A DNA stretch of 64,000 nucleotides, the filler included, from Globobulimina sp. (taxonomy: Eukaryota): assembly GCA_003354225.1 (NCBI GenBank). It is 33 parts of 33 records of this genome, joined end to end, with 100 filler letters (N's around TTAATTAATTAA, not from the genome) between each part and the next. Parts side by side here need not be neighbours in the genome. Positions count along the whole stretch, not along the records: positions 21,382 to 23,224 come from PIVH01011316.1; positions 23,325 to 25,167 come from PIVH01011317.1; positions 25,268 to 27,110 come from PIVH01011318.1; positions 27,211 to 29,053 come from PIVH01011319.1; positions 29,154 to 30,996 come from PIVH01011320.1; positions 31,097 to 32,939 come from PIVH01011321.1; positions 33,040 to 34,882 come from PIVH01011322.1; 26 more parts are not named here. One strand, 5' to 3'. Below, piece by piece: positions 22,640-33,745 of this stretch (positions within the stretch are counted from its first letter, which is position 1; each line of letters opens with the position of its first letter). The notes under the pieces are model-generated. The model saw only the letters and a list, made by a program, of their open reading frames with translations. It was not told the DNA's origin and searched no databases. Position numbers and translations under genes: made by a program.

Positions 22640-23224
22640 TTAATATGATCGATTTATAATTTTTAATCGATCTGCTTGCAATGTAATACCAATATTATGT
22701 AAATCAGTCTCATTATTTATTTCCTGTATCATCTCAAGCGAATCAAAACCATTTTGTATAAATATATCATAATATCTAAGCAATCCAATTGAATCTAACC
22801 ACCCAATAAAATCATTCTCACCATGTTCACCTAGCTCATTATCAATTGTTTGTTTTCCCGCAAACTCATCAAAACAGCCATCGGTTGCAACAACATGAAC
22901 GCCATCCAAATTATCCATAATTACAATATCATCATCAAAACAACCACCAGTTGCAACAACGTGAACACCATCCAAATTATCCATAATTTCAATATCATCA
23001 TCTAGATCTTGACTACTTTTTACATTTGTAATCTCGATATTACTCATACTTGAAACAATATCCTTTATATTCATTGAATTATTTGTTTGTTTTTTCCTCC
23101 AAAATTTATAAGAAAATAATGCAGCTGCACCAAATATAAAACATACAAAAAATATAATCACTGCAATATACAAACCAGAACTAATACCTTTTTGATTTGC
23201 ATTAATGTTACTTTCATAATCATT
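22640..23224 (-). CDS. Single-pass membrane protein with cytoplasmic SAM domain (5' truncated)
   Basis: TM helix, a 22-aa internal tandem duplication, and WLDSIGLLRYYDIFIQNGFDSLE...DLHNIGI. Confidence 0.8.
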   Translation of the reverse strand, partial: NDYESNINANQKGISSGLYIAVIIFFVCFIFGAAALFSYKFWRKKQTNNSMNIKDIVSSMSNIEITNVKSSQDLDDDIEIMDNLDGVHVVATGGCFDDDIVIMDNLDGVHVVATDGCFDEFAGKQTIDNELGEHGENDFIGWLDSIGLLRYYDIFIQNGFDSLEMIQEINNETDLHNIGITLQADRLKIINRSY

Positions 23225-23324
23225 NNNNNNNNNNNNNNNNNNNNNNNNNNNNNNNNNNNNNNNNNNNNTTAATTAATTAANNNNNNNNNNNNNNNNNNNN
23301 NNNNNNNNNNNNNNNNNNNNNNNN

Positions 23325-24745
23325 GATTACAAATGCCAGTAGGATTAAGACAAGGTTGTACAATGTCACCAACCTTATGGGCATTATATATATCAGATTT
23401 CGGTAGAGAAATAGAAAAATGTAATTTAGGAATAGATATTGGGCCAAAAGATCAAAGAAAGAATATTTCCGGATTATTCTTTGCAGATGATATGCTTCTA
23501 TTTGCAAAAAACGAAAATAATATGAAAAAATTACTAAAAATTGTTAATAACTATGCACAACGATGGAAAATTGAATTTTCAGGACCAAAAAGCTTGATAA
23601 TTCCAATTAAACGACCAATAGATATAAATGTAAAATGGGCGTTAGGAAGTAAATATTTACCGGAAGGAGAAAAAATAGATATTTATATTCAAGAAGAAAA
23701 AGAGGCAAAATATTTAGGTATTACATTAAGTAAACATAAAAGAGATATGACTACACAACATAAAGTGAGACTAACAGAAATTACTAGAAAACAAACATAT
23801 AAATGCTTTAAACCGGCTATGGCAACGGCTAGACAAATATACTATGGAGCTAAAATATGGAAAATATATGTAGTTCCTAAAGTAATGCATGGAATTGCAG
23901 CTATTATATTTACTAAAGAAACCTTTAAAGGAGTTGAAATTCAAGAAAGACAATACATAAGAACAATCTCCCGATTACCTAAACATACCAATAGCATTAT
24001 ATTATATGGGGAAACAGATATATTACCCATGAAAATGGAAGCAGAAAAAAGAACGATAAACTATTTATCACATATACAAAAATTAGATAGTAATAATATA
24101 GTAAAAATTGCTTTATTAGAACAAATAGATATTTATAATAATAAAAATACCACACAAATATGGCTAACACATGCATATGAATGTTGTACTAAATATAATA
24201 TAGATTACAATAATATTCCAAACAAAAATAAAGTTAAAGAAATTGTATATGCAAAATGGCTAGAAATTTATACAGAAAGATTGGAACAATCTCAATCATT
24301 AGTACATTATCAGAACAAATTAAAACCAAAAATAAACTATAAGTTAAACCTCAAAACAGGAGGAGACTTCTGGTTAAAAGCTAGAAGTGGTAGTATGATA
24401 CTAAACTGCAATAGAAACGAACCATGTACAAGATGCAGTAATGACTCTTTAGAAACAATAAAACATTTAATGTGGGATTGTGAAAATAATATATATTTAG
24501 AACATTATGAAGACAATATAAAATCATTATGGAATCTACTCCCAGGTAACATGTTCGGACATAAAAAACCCGATTACTATACATGCACAGATATAGACAG
24601 AACCTCTTATTTATATTTATGTACGGATTATATATTTAGCGATAATATAAACGGACAAATTATAAATATTGTTGGTACAATTATTAAAAATGCTTATAAA
24701 GCCAGAAATGAAACATTAAACTATAAATTACAAAAAAATAATTAG
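23325..24745 (+). mobile_element. Non-LTR retrotransposon (LINE) ORF2, 3' part: reverse transcriptase plus CCHC knuckle
   Basis: GLRQGCTMSP, FADD, KYLG and CTRC-x-ETIKHLMWDC in an uninterrupted frame. Confidence 0.92.
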
Positions 24746-25034
24746 ACAAATTGGTTGCCATGATGCTCCGTTGACTCAAGATCCTGCTATCCTGATGATG
24801 CCTTTGGACTGATGACAAAGGATGAAAAGAAAGATTCAGAAGGAACAAGAAACGGAGGGAGCCACATGGATGAATCAAAAACCTAGAAAATTAAATATTA
24901 GATACTCAAATATATATTAATAATCTGTGATATTAATTTTTTAACATGTGATTATTTTGTGATTTGTATATGCCTTGATACTTATATTATAAGTCTGCGC
25001 ATAAGATAATAAATTGTACTGACCAATTGATCAT

Positions 25035-25167
25035 AATGGTCGGCTTGAGCTGAAATTTGTTTTGGGGGTACCGGGGACATATACGAACCCAACGCACTTG
25101 TAGGTTTTGGTCCGACGATTCCCGAATCGACGACTCGCGGGGTCCCAAAGTAAAACTGGAATCGCAA
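25035..25167 (+). repeat. Another copy of the 146-bp satellite family seen at 5.9-6.8 kb
   Basis: Shares GAGCTGAAATTTGTTT.GGGGGTAC, TTGGTCCGACGATTCCCGAATC and AAAGTAAAACTGGAATCGCAA with units 4-5. Confidence 0.9.
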
Positions 25168-25267
25168 NNNNNNNNNNNNNNNNNNNNNNNNNNNNNNNNN
25201 NNNNNNNNNNNTTAATTAATTAANNNNNNNNNNNNNNNNNNNNNNNNNNNNNNNNNNNNNNNNNNNN

Positions 25268-25688
25268 GTCTATGTTTCATTAATTTCGAAGGATAATATG
25301 GTTGATCAACATGATGATTCTCATATTTTTCACATAAATCTATTAATCCAAGTCCTCCAATCACAGTATTTGATTTTTTATCAATTACAATAAAATGAGT
25401 ACCAGTTTTGATAAAATGTGATATCTTTGGTTCAAAATCTAAAAATCGATGAAATGATGTTAACTGAAATAATGTGGCATATTTTGATCCAGACATAAAT
25501 GAATATGCATTGCACGCTGCCTCTAATGTTTGCCATTTATACTGTTGGTTTGTTATAATAAACTTATATTTTTTATCAAACTCAAAATGACTGCGAAATT
25601 GTCTGAATAATTCTAAATCTAATGTTTCACGAAACGCTTTGTGGAATTCTTCTTTTTGTGTTGCTCTTAATCTGAGTTTGTTTGACAT
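25268..25688 (-). CDS. Putative GNAT (AANAT-like) acetyltransferase, N-terminal part; paralog of 44782-45672
   Basis: KYKFII..QQYKWQTLE...HFIKTG..FIVIDK parallels QYKLIQ..KCYKHQALQ...HLANTG..MLIVDK. Confidence 0.45.
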
Positions 25689-25929
25689 TGTTGTTAATTT
25701 ATTTTAACTAAACCAAGCATCACCAGCTTCTGACTTGAAAACTCTTTCAAAGGCCGTCTATGAAAAATTGAAAATACACGCGATAAAGATACAAGAAATA
25801 GCTATATTTTTGTTGAAATATCACTCAAACAACAAATACAAAAAAAAAATATTACAAAACCAAGCAAAATATTACGTATTTAGATAATTGAATTAATATT
25901 AATATATTTAAAAAAAAATTCAAAGATAA

Positions 25930-27089
25930 TTATTTTGTTTTTTTATAAAATAATAAAATCGCAGTTGCTTGACTTACAACTCGATTAATATGCATTGTAC
26001 TTATCCTTGAATCATCTGCGTTATACCAACTATTATCATCAATTCCTTTAACAAATGCCCAGTAATGTCCATATCCCAAACCACCCGAATGATTACACAC
26101 TGCATACAATTCATACTTATCCCCATCAAATGTTTCATATTCCTGATAACCAACAACTTTCGTAAATTTCTGATCATTGATATATCGATCAATTGCAAAT
26201 ATCAATACATTTGGAAACCGCACAATCTTTGTTTCTTGTTTAAATACATCACATTTTTTCTTACATCTCCCGCCACATTTTAACACTGTACCTCGGTCCA
26301 TTACTTTTGTCGAACAATACGTCTCAAATCCACCACCAATATCCCGTATAAATTTATTTTTTCTTTTCATTCCCATTTGTTTACTACGAAATGCATCAGA
26401 AACTAAAGCAGTTACATCCTTTTGAATATTTGCCAACTGTTCATATATTTCCTTTGCTTTTTGTAAGGATCCAAAAATCCATTTTCCTTCCAATGCTTTC
26501 TTTGATGTTGAATCCAATGTTGCTGCATAATTTTTACATATCTCCATCTTATCACCAATAAATGCAACACATTCTCATATTTTGGAATGTTTGGTTTAAA
26601 TTCATCCCATATTTCAATCTTCCATATATCATCGATCTCATTTAAATCTGACGATTGCGAATTCCATCGGAATCTCTTTGTCGCCTCTTTATGCATCCAA
26701 ATCACAACAATTGTCTTATTTTTCTCATTGATGGCACATTCATGATCTGCATCAAATACCTGATCACCAAACAATATTTGCATGTGTTTCTTTGGATATT
26801 TTGGATGTGAGACGTGTCCAAATGATTTTGTTTGACCATTTTTCATTTCATCAAATTCTAAATAACTTGCTTTCGGATCTGCATTACCTTTTTTATCCAA
26901 ACGTACATGGAATATTGTCACTGTTATGGATCCGGATTTATTTTTTTTATGTGAATCAACCACCGCAAATATTGATTTATCACTTTGAGTCAATACTGAA
27001 CAATCTTGCTTTGCATCACAATGTTCAATCCATTCAGTTAATAATTTATTTTTATCTGCTTTTACAGTTCCAATTGAAATTTGACCCAC
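25930..27089 (-). CDS. Ubiquitin-specific protease (USP/peptidase C19), C-terminal half; frame change near 26550
   Basis: His box YELYAVCNHSGGLGYGHYWAFVK...WYNADDS...AILLFY. Confidence 0.85.
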
Positions 27090-27348
27090 ATTCTTTAACT
27101 TAAATTTAACNNNNNNNNNNNNNNNNNNNNNNNNNNNNNNNNNNNNNNNNNNNNTTAATTAATTAANNNNNNNNNNNNNNNNNNNNNNNNNNNNNNNNNN
27201 NNNNNNNNNNTGCTCCCACCCTTCCGCACGAAGACCTTCCCTCTCCAACGCTCAAACCAAAAGCAATTGCGATTAATGAGCCGAGAATATGCCCTCCCTT
27301 CTTCAGTGTGTACGTATCTGAAACTTCATCAGTCAGCCACGCAACAGC

Positions 27349-27383
27349 TATTAACAAAGAATGAAGGGCAAATTTTAAGGGGT
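27349..27383 (+). repeat. attC-like left arm A (TATTAAC core), complementary to 28413-28450
   Basis: AGAAT-G-AAGGG-CAAA-TTTTAAGGGGT pairs with ACCCCTTAAAA-GCTT-CCCTT-ATTCT. Confidence 0.65.
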
Positions 27384-27439
27384 AGGCTTATTTCAAATAA
27401 CAAAATAAAAAAATCTTCCTTTCGTTCTTGCAGAACGAT

Positions 27440-28360
27440 TTATGTTAAATATTTTCCACATAAAAATCCTTTGCGTGGATTAAAGTTTTCAAACGTACAG
27501 CTTTTAAAAATCCACATCTTATTAGCCCATCGGGCTAAGTCTAATTCGTATTGCTGTGGCTTTCTATTATTTTCAAAATCCCTATAAGGTTGGACAAATG
27601 GAGTTATCCCAAGCTCTTTAAGTCTATTTAATCTATACAAATCTTGCTCAATAGAACTATTAAAACCAACCAATACATAACATGATAATTTATAAGGCTT
27701 AATATACTTTATGACTTCTTTTAGTTTATCTGTTAAATCCAATTCTGGCAAATCCCAAGCAATATGAATATTTTTTTTAAGCTTTAATTTATTAAGCCAA
27801 TATGCTTGTTCTTCATTCATAATACGAATATCTACGCCATGCAAGTTTACTGGTTGGTTAATTTTCATCAAATAGTCAATAGATACTTTCCATTCAGGAT
27901 TTGCAAAGAAATTATTATCAAGCACATCAATCCATTTACCATTTGGATTTAATTCAACAGGATCAACAGCATGAATATTCCCTTCTTTTTCTTTTACTAA
28001 ACAAAACTTGCATTTACGAATACAACCACGAGAAAGAAATTGAATTGAGTAATTATATTGTGGATAAATAGAATAATCCATCAATTTTGAATTATCTATA
28101 CAACTTGGAAGCTTTAAAGCTATATCATATCCAGTACCTCCTTTTATCATTTCTCCATATTCAGCAAATCCATTTGAAAAATCAGGAGAAAAAGTAAATA
28201 TTTTACTCAAATATGTACGATCATAAACTCCAAGGTCAGCCCATCCAACTGAATCACCTTTTGATTTATGATAAGCTGCAATTTTCATTAAAGCAAAGTT
28301 TGGAAACTTTCTCCCATCTACATCAATAAGTCCAATTTTAGTGGTATTGCCAACGCTCAT
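27440..28360 (-). CDS. Radical SAM protein, phage/prophage-type (Bacteroidetes-like)
   Basis: CxxxCxxC in RGCIRKCKFC; also KIGLIDVDG..FPNFALMKI, GGTGYD, LDNNFFA and YVLVGF. Confidence 0.9.
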   Translation of the reverse strand: MSVGNTTKIGLIDVDGRKFPNFALMKIAAYHKSKGDSVGWADLGVYDRTYLSKIFTFSPDFSNGFAEYGEMIKGGTGYDIALKLPSCIDNSKLMDYSIYPQYNYSIQFLSRGCIRKCKFCLVKEKEGNIHAVDPVELNPNGKWIDVLDNNFFANPEWKVSIDYLMKINQPVNLHGVDIRIMNEEQAYWLNKLKLKKNIHIAWDLPELDLTDKLKEVIKYIKPYKLSCYVLVGFNSSIEQDLYRLNRLKELGITPFVQPYRDFENNRKPQQYELDLARWANKMWIFKSCTFENFNPRKGFLCGKYLT

Positions 28361-28412
28361 TTTTTTATTTGTAGTTTAATAATTTAGTTCAATATTTCAT
28401 AGTTCAGAGTGA

Positions 28413-28528
28413 ACCCCTTAAAAGCTTCCCTTATTCTCGGCTCATTAGCAACAATGCCTTTAAATAATTGCCAACACTCGAAAAGCCTTACGCAAGGCAC
28501 AGTTGCTAACATGCAATAAAAAACATGC
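28413..28528 (+). repeat. attC-like right arm A, gene-less 67-bp spacer with complementary ends, and left arm B
   Basis: ATTAGCAACAATGCCTT (28444-28460) and AAGGCACAGTTGCTAAC (28494-28510) match at 14/17 as inverted repeats. Confidence 0.65.
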
Positions 28529-28587
28529 TTAGGTCTGTACCTCGTATTAGCCTTAGTTGGTTATTGGGGCAATTAAAAAATAAAAGC

Positions 28588-28962
28588 CTACGCACCCTCG
28601 TATTTAGCTTTCAGTCTTTTATATTCCGCCAAATCCTTTTCATCGTTAATTTCATCAATACCTTTAACCAGTTCAAGCGATTCTTCATCATACCAACTGC
28701 TACTGTTATCTTCAAATAAGTGTTTAAGTGAATATTGCTTTAGGTTTCGTTCGCTTGAACCTCCATACTTTTGTTGGTAACTATATTGTATTTGGTAAAG
28801 TCGTTCTTTATCTTCATCAAAACTCATCTGCGAAAACCAGTGTGTAGGCTTTGCTATTTTCACTATTTCACCTATATGAAATTTTTGCCCTTCTGGTGTT
28901 TCTTCTTTTGGCGGTATTTGGCTCATCATTTTAGCCATCATTGCATAAGTTTCTCTATCCAT
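28588..28962 (-). CDS. Small phage-like hypothetical protein (possible SH3-like barrel)
   Basis: Complete 124-aa ORF with QKFHIGEIVKI...SWYDEESLELV and a C-terminal EYKRLKAKYE. Confidence 0.7.
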   Translation of the reverse strand: MDRETYAMMAKMMSQIPPKEETPEGQKFHIGEIVKIAKPTHWFSQMSFDEDKERLYQIQYSYQQKYGGSSERNLKQYSLKHLFEDNSSSWYDEESLELVKGIDEINDEKDLAEYKRLKAKYEGA

Positions 28963-29013
28963 CGCTTTTTTGTTTTTTAATTAGTACGCGTAGTTAGTTT
29001 TGTGCGTTATTTC

Positions 29014-29047
29014 GCACGTTTCTTGTTGCTGTCCGTTATGGGTAATT
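29014..29047 (+). repeat. attC-like right arm B with GTTATGGGTAATT core
   Basis: GCACGTTTCTTGTTGC is complementary to GCAATAAAAAACATGC (28513-28528) at 13/16 positions. Confidence 0.6.
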
Positions 29048-29473
29048 CCTCCCNNNNNNNNNNNNNNNNNNNNNNNNNNNNNNNNNNNNNNNNNNNNTTA
29101 ATTAATTAANNNNNNNNNNNNNNNNNNNNNNNNNNNNNNNNNNNNNNNNNNNNTTCACTGATAACTGTCTCGATTTTTCGCGAAAACTTGACAAATTTTA
29201 GTCAAATTTAACTTTTGTAAATGACATTATTTTAAATTTGTATTTACGTCATTTCAATGTTTGATATCCATATTACGTTGCTTTCAAATGTACTGTACAT
29301 TGTACCAATCACCCTTTTTTTTTCACAGAAAAAAGAAACCCCTTTGATTATGTAAATGTTTGGTGACGAATCAAATGGTATGGTGTTATCGTCTGAAATT
29401 TCAACCTTTCAATTGATTGCTTGGTTATATTGATAGTGAGGCAAAATCATAAAGGAAACGTTGTGAAGAAACG

Positions 29474-30608
29474 TCATGGTTTTTCAAATAAATAAACTTG
29501 TTCATAAACTCGAGACCCATTCTCAACAAAATGTGGTTGAAAGTTATAAATCACATTACGATCATATTCATTTGGTATCATAACATTTGCGTTTCTCAAT
29601 CTACATTCATTTACAAAAAACTCCACAAAATATTGCATTACCATTATAGCATCCAAACTATGTTTGATATTATTATTACCACCATCTGCATCAAAAATAT
29701 ATTGCGCTGTTTGTTATTCAACAATCAACTTCCATGCAACAAAAATAATACAAAACAAAACAACAAACGTTTCTCAGGATGAAACTGCGAACCATACCAA
29801 TACAATGCCGTGCTCTCAAAAGTTTCAATCAAAGACACAAACGAATCACCATTTTGATCAATGTTGGTTCCTAAAACACTAAAATTCGAAGATAACCATG
29901 GAAAGCTACCATTGTAGGCAGTTGGTGATATGCCGTAATTATGATGATTATATGTTAAATTTTCCGATGATAACTTATTATAAACGGACGCTGCATCATT
30001 TTTATCCATAAAAGAATTGAATATTCTCGACGTCGCAGCAGCCGTTGTGAACTGAATTGGTAATGATTTGTCAACGGACACTCGCGATATTTTAACGGAT
30101 ATAGTACCAGCAGTAATTTGCTGTACACCTTCAAATCCTCAACAACAATATTTACATTTATCGGAAAACAGTAGATAGTGAGATCAAAATATTTACATTT
30201 GAACATACCTAAACATGTAGCCCAAAGAGGTATGGCTTGTTTGGATAATGTATCATCACGGAATTTACGCAAATTATCTAAGATATTATTTAATTGATTC
30301 CACCAAAATGATGATGCTGTGTCACCAGCTGCGCCGCCTGTAATTAATACACCATTCAACTGTGCCAATAATTGGTTGATATTTGTAAATGAATCGTCTG
30401 CAATTAATGGTACTACTCTGGCACCACCGCCTTCCAACCATTTGACATATGATGCTGGTAAGTATGAGGTTGCTTTCGTGTTCGCAGCACATTGATAGGG
30501 CTCATCAGAACAGGGTAACGTTAATATGCCAACAAGTGGTTCATCTGTACTTTTAGCAATCGCAAATAGCAATATTAAAGCAAAACAAATGTCCATCATT
30601 CGATGCAT
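29474..30608 (-). CDS. GGH: Gamma-glutamyl hydrolase (peptidase C26), intron-containing
   Basis: Signal peptide, YLPASYVKWLEGGGARVVP, catalytic WATCLG, and YGSQFHPEK. Confidence 0.88.
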
Positions 30609-30663
30609 TTTATCACCAAGTTTTTTTTTTTGCTTAAGTTGAGTGTTCATATTTGAGCTAAAT

Positions 30664-30996
30664 ATGTCAAAAAGAAGCAGGGAATATTTTGAATCTTTCC
30701 AGGAATTTAATCGTTTGTGTGATAAAGAAGGCGTTTGTTCGCCTCCAAAACAAAAACGAAAAACATCGGTAAACACAAATAATGAAAGTACTCCTCCATC
30801 ACAAATAAATCCCACAATACTCTCAAAGTCATTGTCGCCGTCACCATCACCACCATCGATATTAAATATAAACAATATAAATATCACCGATGAACAAGCA
30901 AATGGAGAAAAGAAAGTCTTTGATGAATACATATTTTATTTTGCAAATATTGGAGTTAAAAATAAGCGAACCGGTGTTCGTAAAGTATGGACGGAT
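30664..30996 (+). CDS. Hypothetical Ser/Pro-rich protein, N-terminal fragment
   Basis: The frame is open from an ATG to the contig edge. Confidence 0.45.
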
Positions 30997-31096
30997 NNNN
31001 NNNNNNNNNNNNNNNNNNNNNNNNNNNNNNNNNNNNNNNNTTAATTAATTAANNNNNNNNNNNNNNNNNNNNNNNNNNNNNNNNNNNNNNNNNNNN

Positions 31097-31761
31097 GGTT
31101 TTAAATGAAAAGTATGTGCTCTAAAATCATCAGCATCGTCGTCATCAACTGTTACTGTGTGAGAAACAACCTCATAATTTTTCTCTGTTACCAAATAAGT
31201 CGCAAAGTCTTTCGCAGTTTGTATTAGTACCTTTCCTTTTTGTGTTACAACATATTTCATGTTGTAACTGTTGGCGCGAACAGCATCCACATCATACTTC
31301 CACCAATCAACCAACGGTATGTTTTTATTGTTAATTACCAGTCTATAACTTGGTCCCCACGGAATTTTAACATCTTGCACAATGATTGGTAATTTAAAAT
31401 AATTATCTAATTTATCTTTGTCTTTTTTAAATTCTGAGTGATGACTCAAATCCACACTGGTCTGATAAAAATCAGATTCGATCTGAAATGGAATTTTAAG
31501 TTCGTATGGAATTATAGTATAACCACTTCGCATATAATCTAATACAAATGCAAAATATTCACCATTCCTATCAACAAAGAAAGCACCAGCATCATCTAAC
31601 TGAGGTGCAAATTTGCCACTCAATAATCCTGCAAAATATGCAGATTTTAATAATGTTGTCTTTGTGGTTTCATATTTCACTCCACCCACATTTATTTTTA
31701 TCACGCATGCATCTTTGTTGGATTTATGGTCGTCATCATCATCTAAAGATTCCATTGCCAT
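31097..31761 (-). CDS. KCTD-type BTB/POZ (T1) domain protein
   Basis: IKINVGGVKYETTKTTL...FFVDRNGEYFAFVLDYMRSG. Confidence 0.9.
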
Positions 31762-31856
31762 TATATATACTACTGCAAAACTAGCGTAAATCCGCCGGCA
31801 AAGTTTTTAATTTAATGATATGAGCTAGTAGTTTTCCTAAAAAATATATTATTTAA

Positions 31857-32939
31857 TTACGCTTTAAGTGATGCAGTCAATGAATTCTGATTTTGTGAAA
31901 GTGCAATAGAAACACTTCTCTTATTCAATTCTGTGGTTTCTTGCTCAGATTTCCGATGAAAATAATTATCATCACAATTACCAGGTTGATATTGAACATC
32001 AATTGTTGACATTGAATTTGTTCGTTTTTTCTTGTACTTTGCAATTGATTGTATTACTATTTGTTTCTTTAAACAACATCGAGTAACAATTAAAGCTGAT
32101 GCTATAAACAATGCACTCCCAACAAACGGAAGCGAAGCAAATCCAATTTTCTTACTATGTCGGTATGCCGATCCAAAAGCAAATGGTGCTATAATCGTAG
32201 TGATGGCCCGATAGGACTGCACGATTCCAAATCCCTGCCCTTGCTCGCCTTCTCCCAAAAACCTGGTTAAAATCGAGTTCAATGCAGCCGCACTTATCCC
32301 AACACAAAAAAATAGCAACCCACCAAACACAATGACTGGTATTTCAGGCACATAGTAAAACGTTGCAAATATGAGTTGTGATGCAATTGAGCCACAAATT
32401 CCAATTTCAACTATATTTAAATCGCTAAATCGTTTCTTTAAAAAAGGTAAGATAACCGCCGCACAAATTATTCCTGACAAACCAACGGAAACTAAAAATA
32501 TTGCATTTATTTTGGACGACTCTCTGGCTTCGTGAATGTCCATTGATTCTGATAAATAAACCAAAATAATACCAATTACACCGGCCTGCGGCAGAGATAT
32601 TAAAAAGTAAACCATTGACACAAACAAAACAATCCTATTATCTGTGACATGCAGTAAAGGCCGAATTGGATTGAAATTCTATATAATATGTTTCCGTTAA
32701 AAAAAAATAATGTAAGAAAACATTTGTGAAGTATATAAAACATAACTTTTATGCTAAACGGCGCTCTGTTACGTGGCAATAATGATTCTTTTACAAAAAC
32801 GACGGTGTATATTATGGCAAATATATAAACAATGCTGATGGCAATCCAATTGATTGAAGTTTCGAATAAAAAAGAAATTATGGTCGCAACGAAGGCACCA
32901 ACAAATAGCATAATTCCTGAAACGCCATAACTTAAACCA
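31857..32939 (-). CDS. MFS transporter (TetA/MFSD14-like), 5' truncated, with intron
   Basis: Many TM helices; FVKESL; EQGQGFGIVQS....TIIAP. Confidence 0.8.
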
Positions 32940-33039
32940 NNNNNNNNNNNNNNNNNNNNNNNNNNNNNNNNNNNNNNNNNNNNTTAATTAATTAANNNNN
33001 NNNNNNNNNNNNNNNNNNNNNNNNNNNNNNNNNNNNNNN

Positions 33040-33599
33040 AGAATGAAGAATATATAAAAACATCTTTCTGGGGATCGCCAATCAAAGAAAACTTTTGCAA
33101 GCTGCAATCAGGCGGGAAAGTATTTGTTTTAACAAATGAAATTAGTATCGGCTTAATCAGTTTTGGCTTGATTCTCATGGTTGTGAGAGGACATAAGCTT
33201 CGATATCTCAGTGGCTCTTTGCTTACAATCGTTGGAATATTATTAATCTGTGGCTATGTTTTGGTGAATATTAAATTGAATGAAAACGCATGTGCTATGA
33301 AAGAAAAAATCTTAGAACACGGAGGAAGCAAAACAGCATTGCTATTGGATGAAGAAAGATTTTGTTGGGACCATCCTGATTCGTATGTAACTGTTGAAAT
33401 GACGAAGCCAGTGATATGTATATGTGCAGCAGGAATCATACTATTTGTTTTTGGGATCAGTTTTTGTTATGTCATTGACAAATTATATCAAATTGATCCT
33501 GAAAAAAAACGTATTGTCAAATATGATAGTATTGAGCAAAATGATTTGGATTTTGGCACTGATAATAACATTACTAAGCAGGAGACAGAGTTCTGGTGA
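33040..33599 (+). CDS. Multi-pass membrane protein, C-terminal part
   Basis: Hydrophobic helices separated by a Cys-containing loop. Confidence 0.5.
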
Positions 33600-33745
33600 A
33601 ACCACGATAAATTCAACATAAATTCTTTACTGTATAATTATTTCATTGTAGACTTTTTGTACTGCCCTTTGTCGCATCTTGCTTTTTTTAATTACTTTAG
33701 AATAGGATTTGTTACTAAAATTAAAATCATTAAACTCAACGGATA

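Noticed and set aside
23325-24745. Retron, DGR or group II intron reverse transcriptase
   Set aside because: The motifs and C-terminal CCHC knuckle are typical of eukaryotic non-LTR elements. The RT at 39.4-40.6 kb has a DIRS-type RNase H.
24765-24860. Hammerhead ribozyme (CTGATGA...GAAAC with GTT site)
   Set aside because: Stem III can form, but stems I and II next to the core do not pair adequately with either CTGATGA.
29955-30932. 325-aa ORF as a single long GGH N-terminal extension
   Set aside because: The first roughly 108 codons are the antisense of the divergent gene at 30664. The signal peptide starts near 30608.
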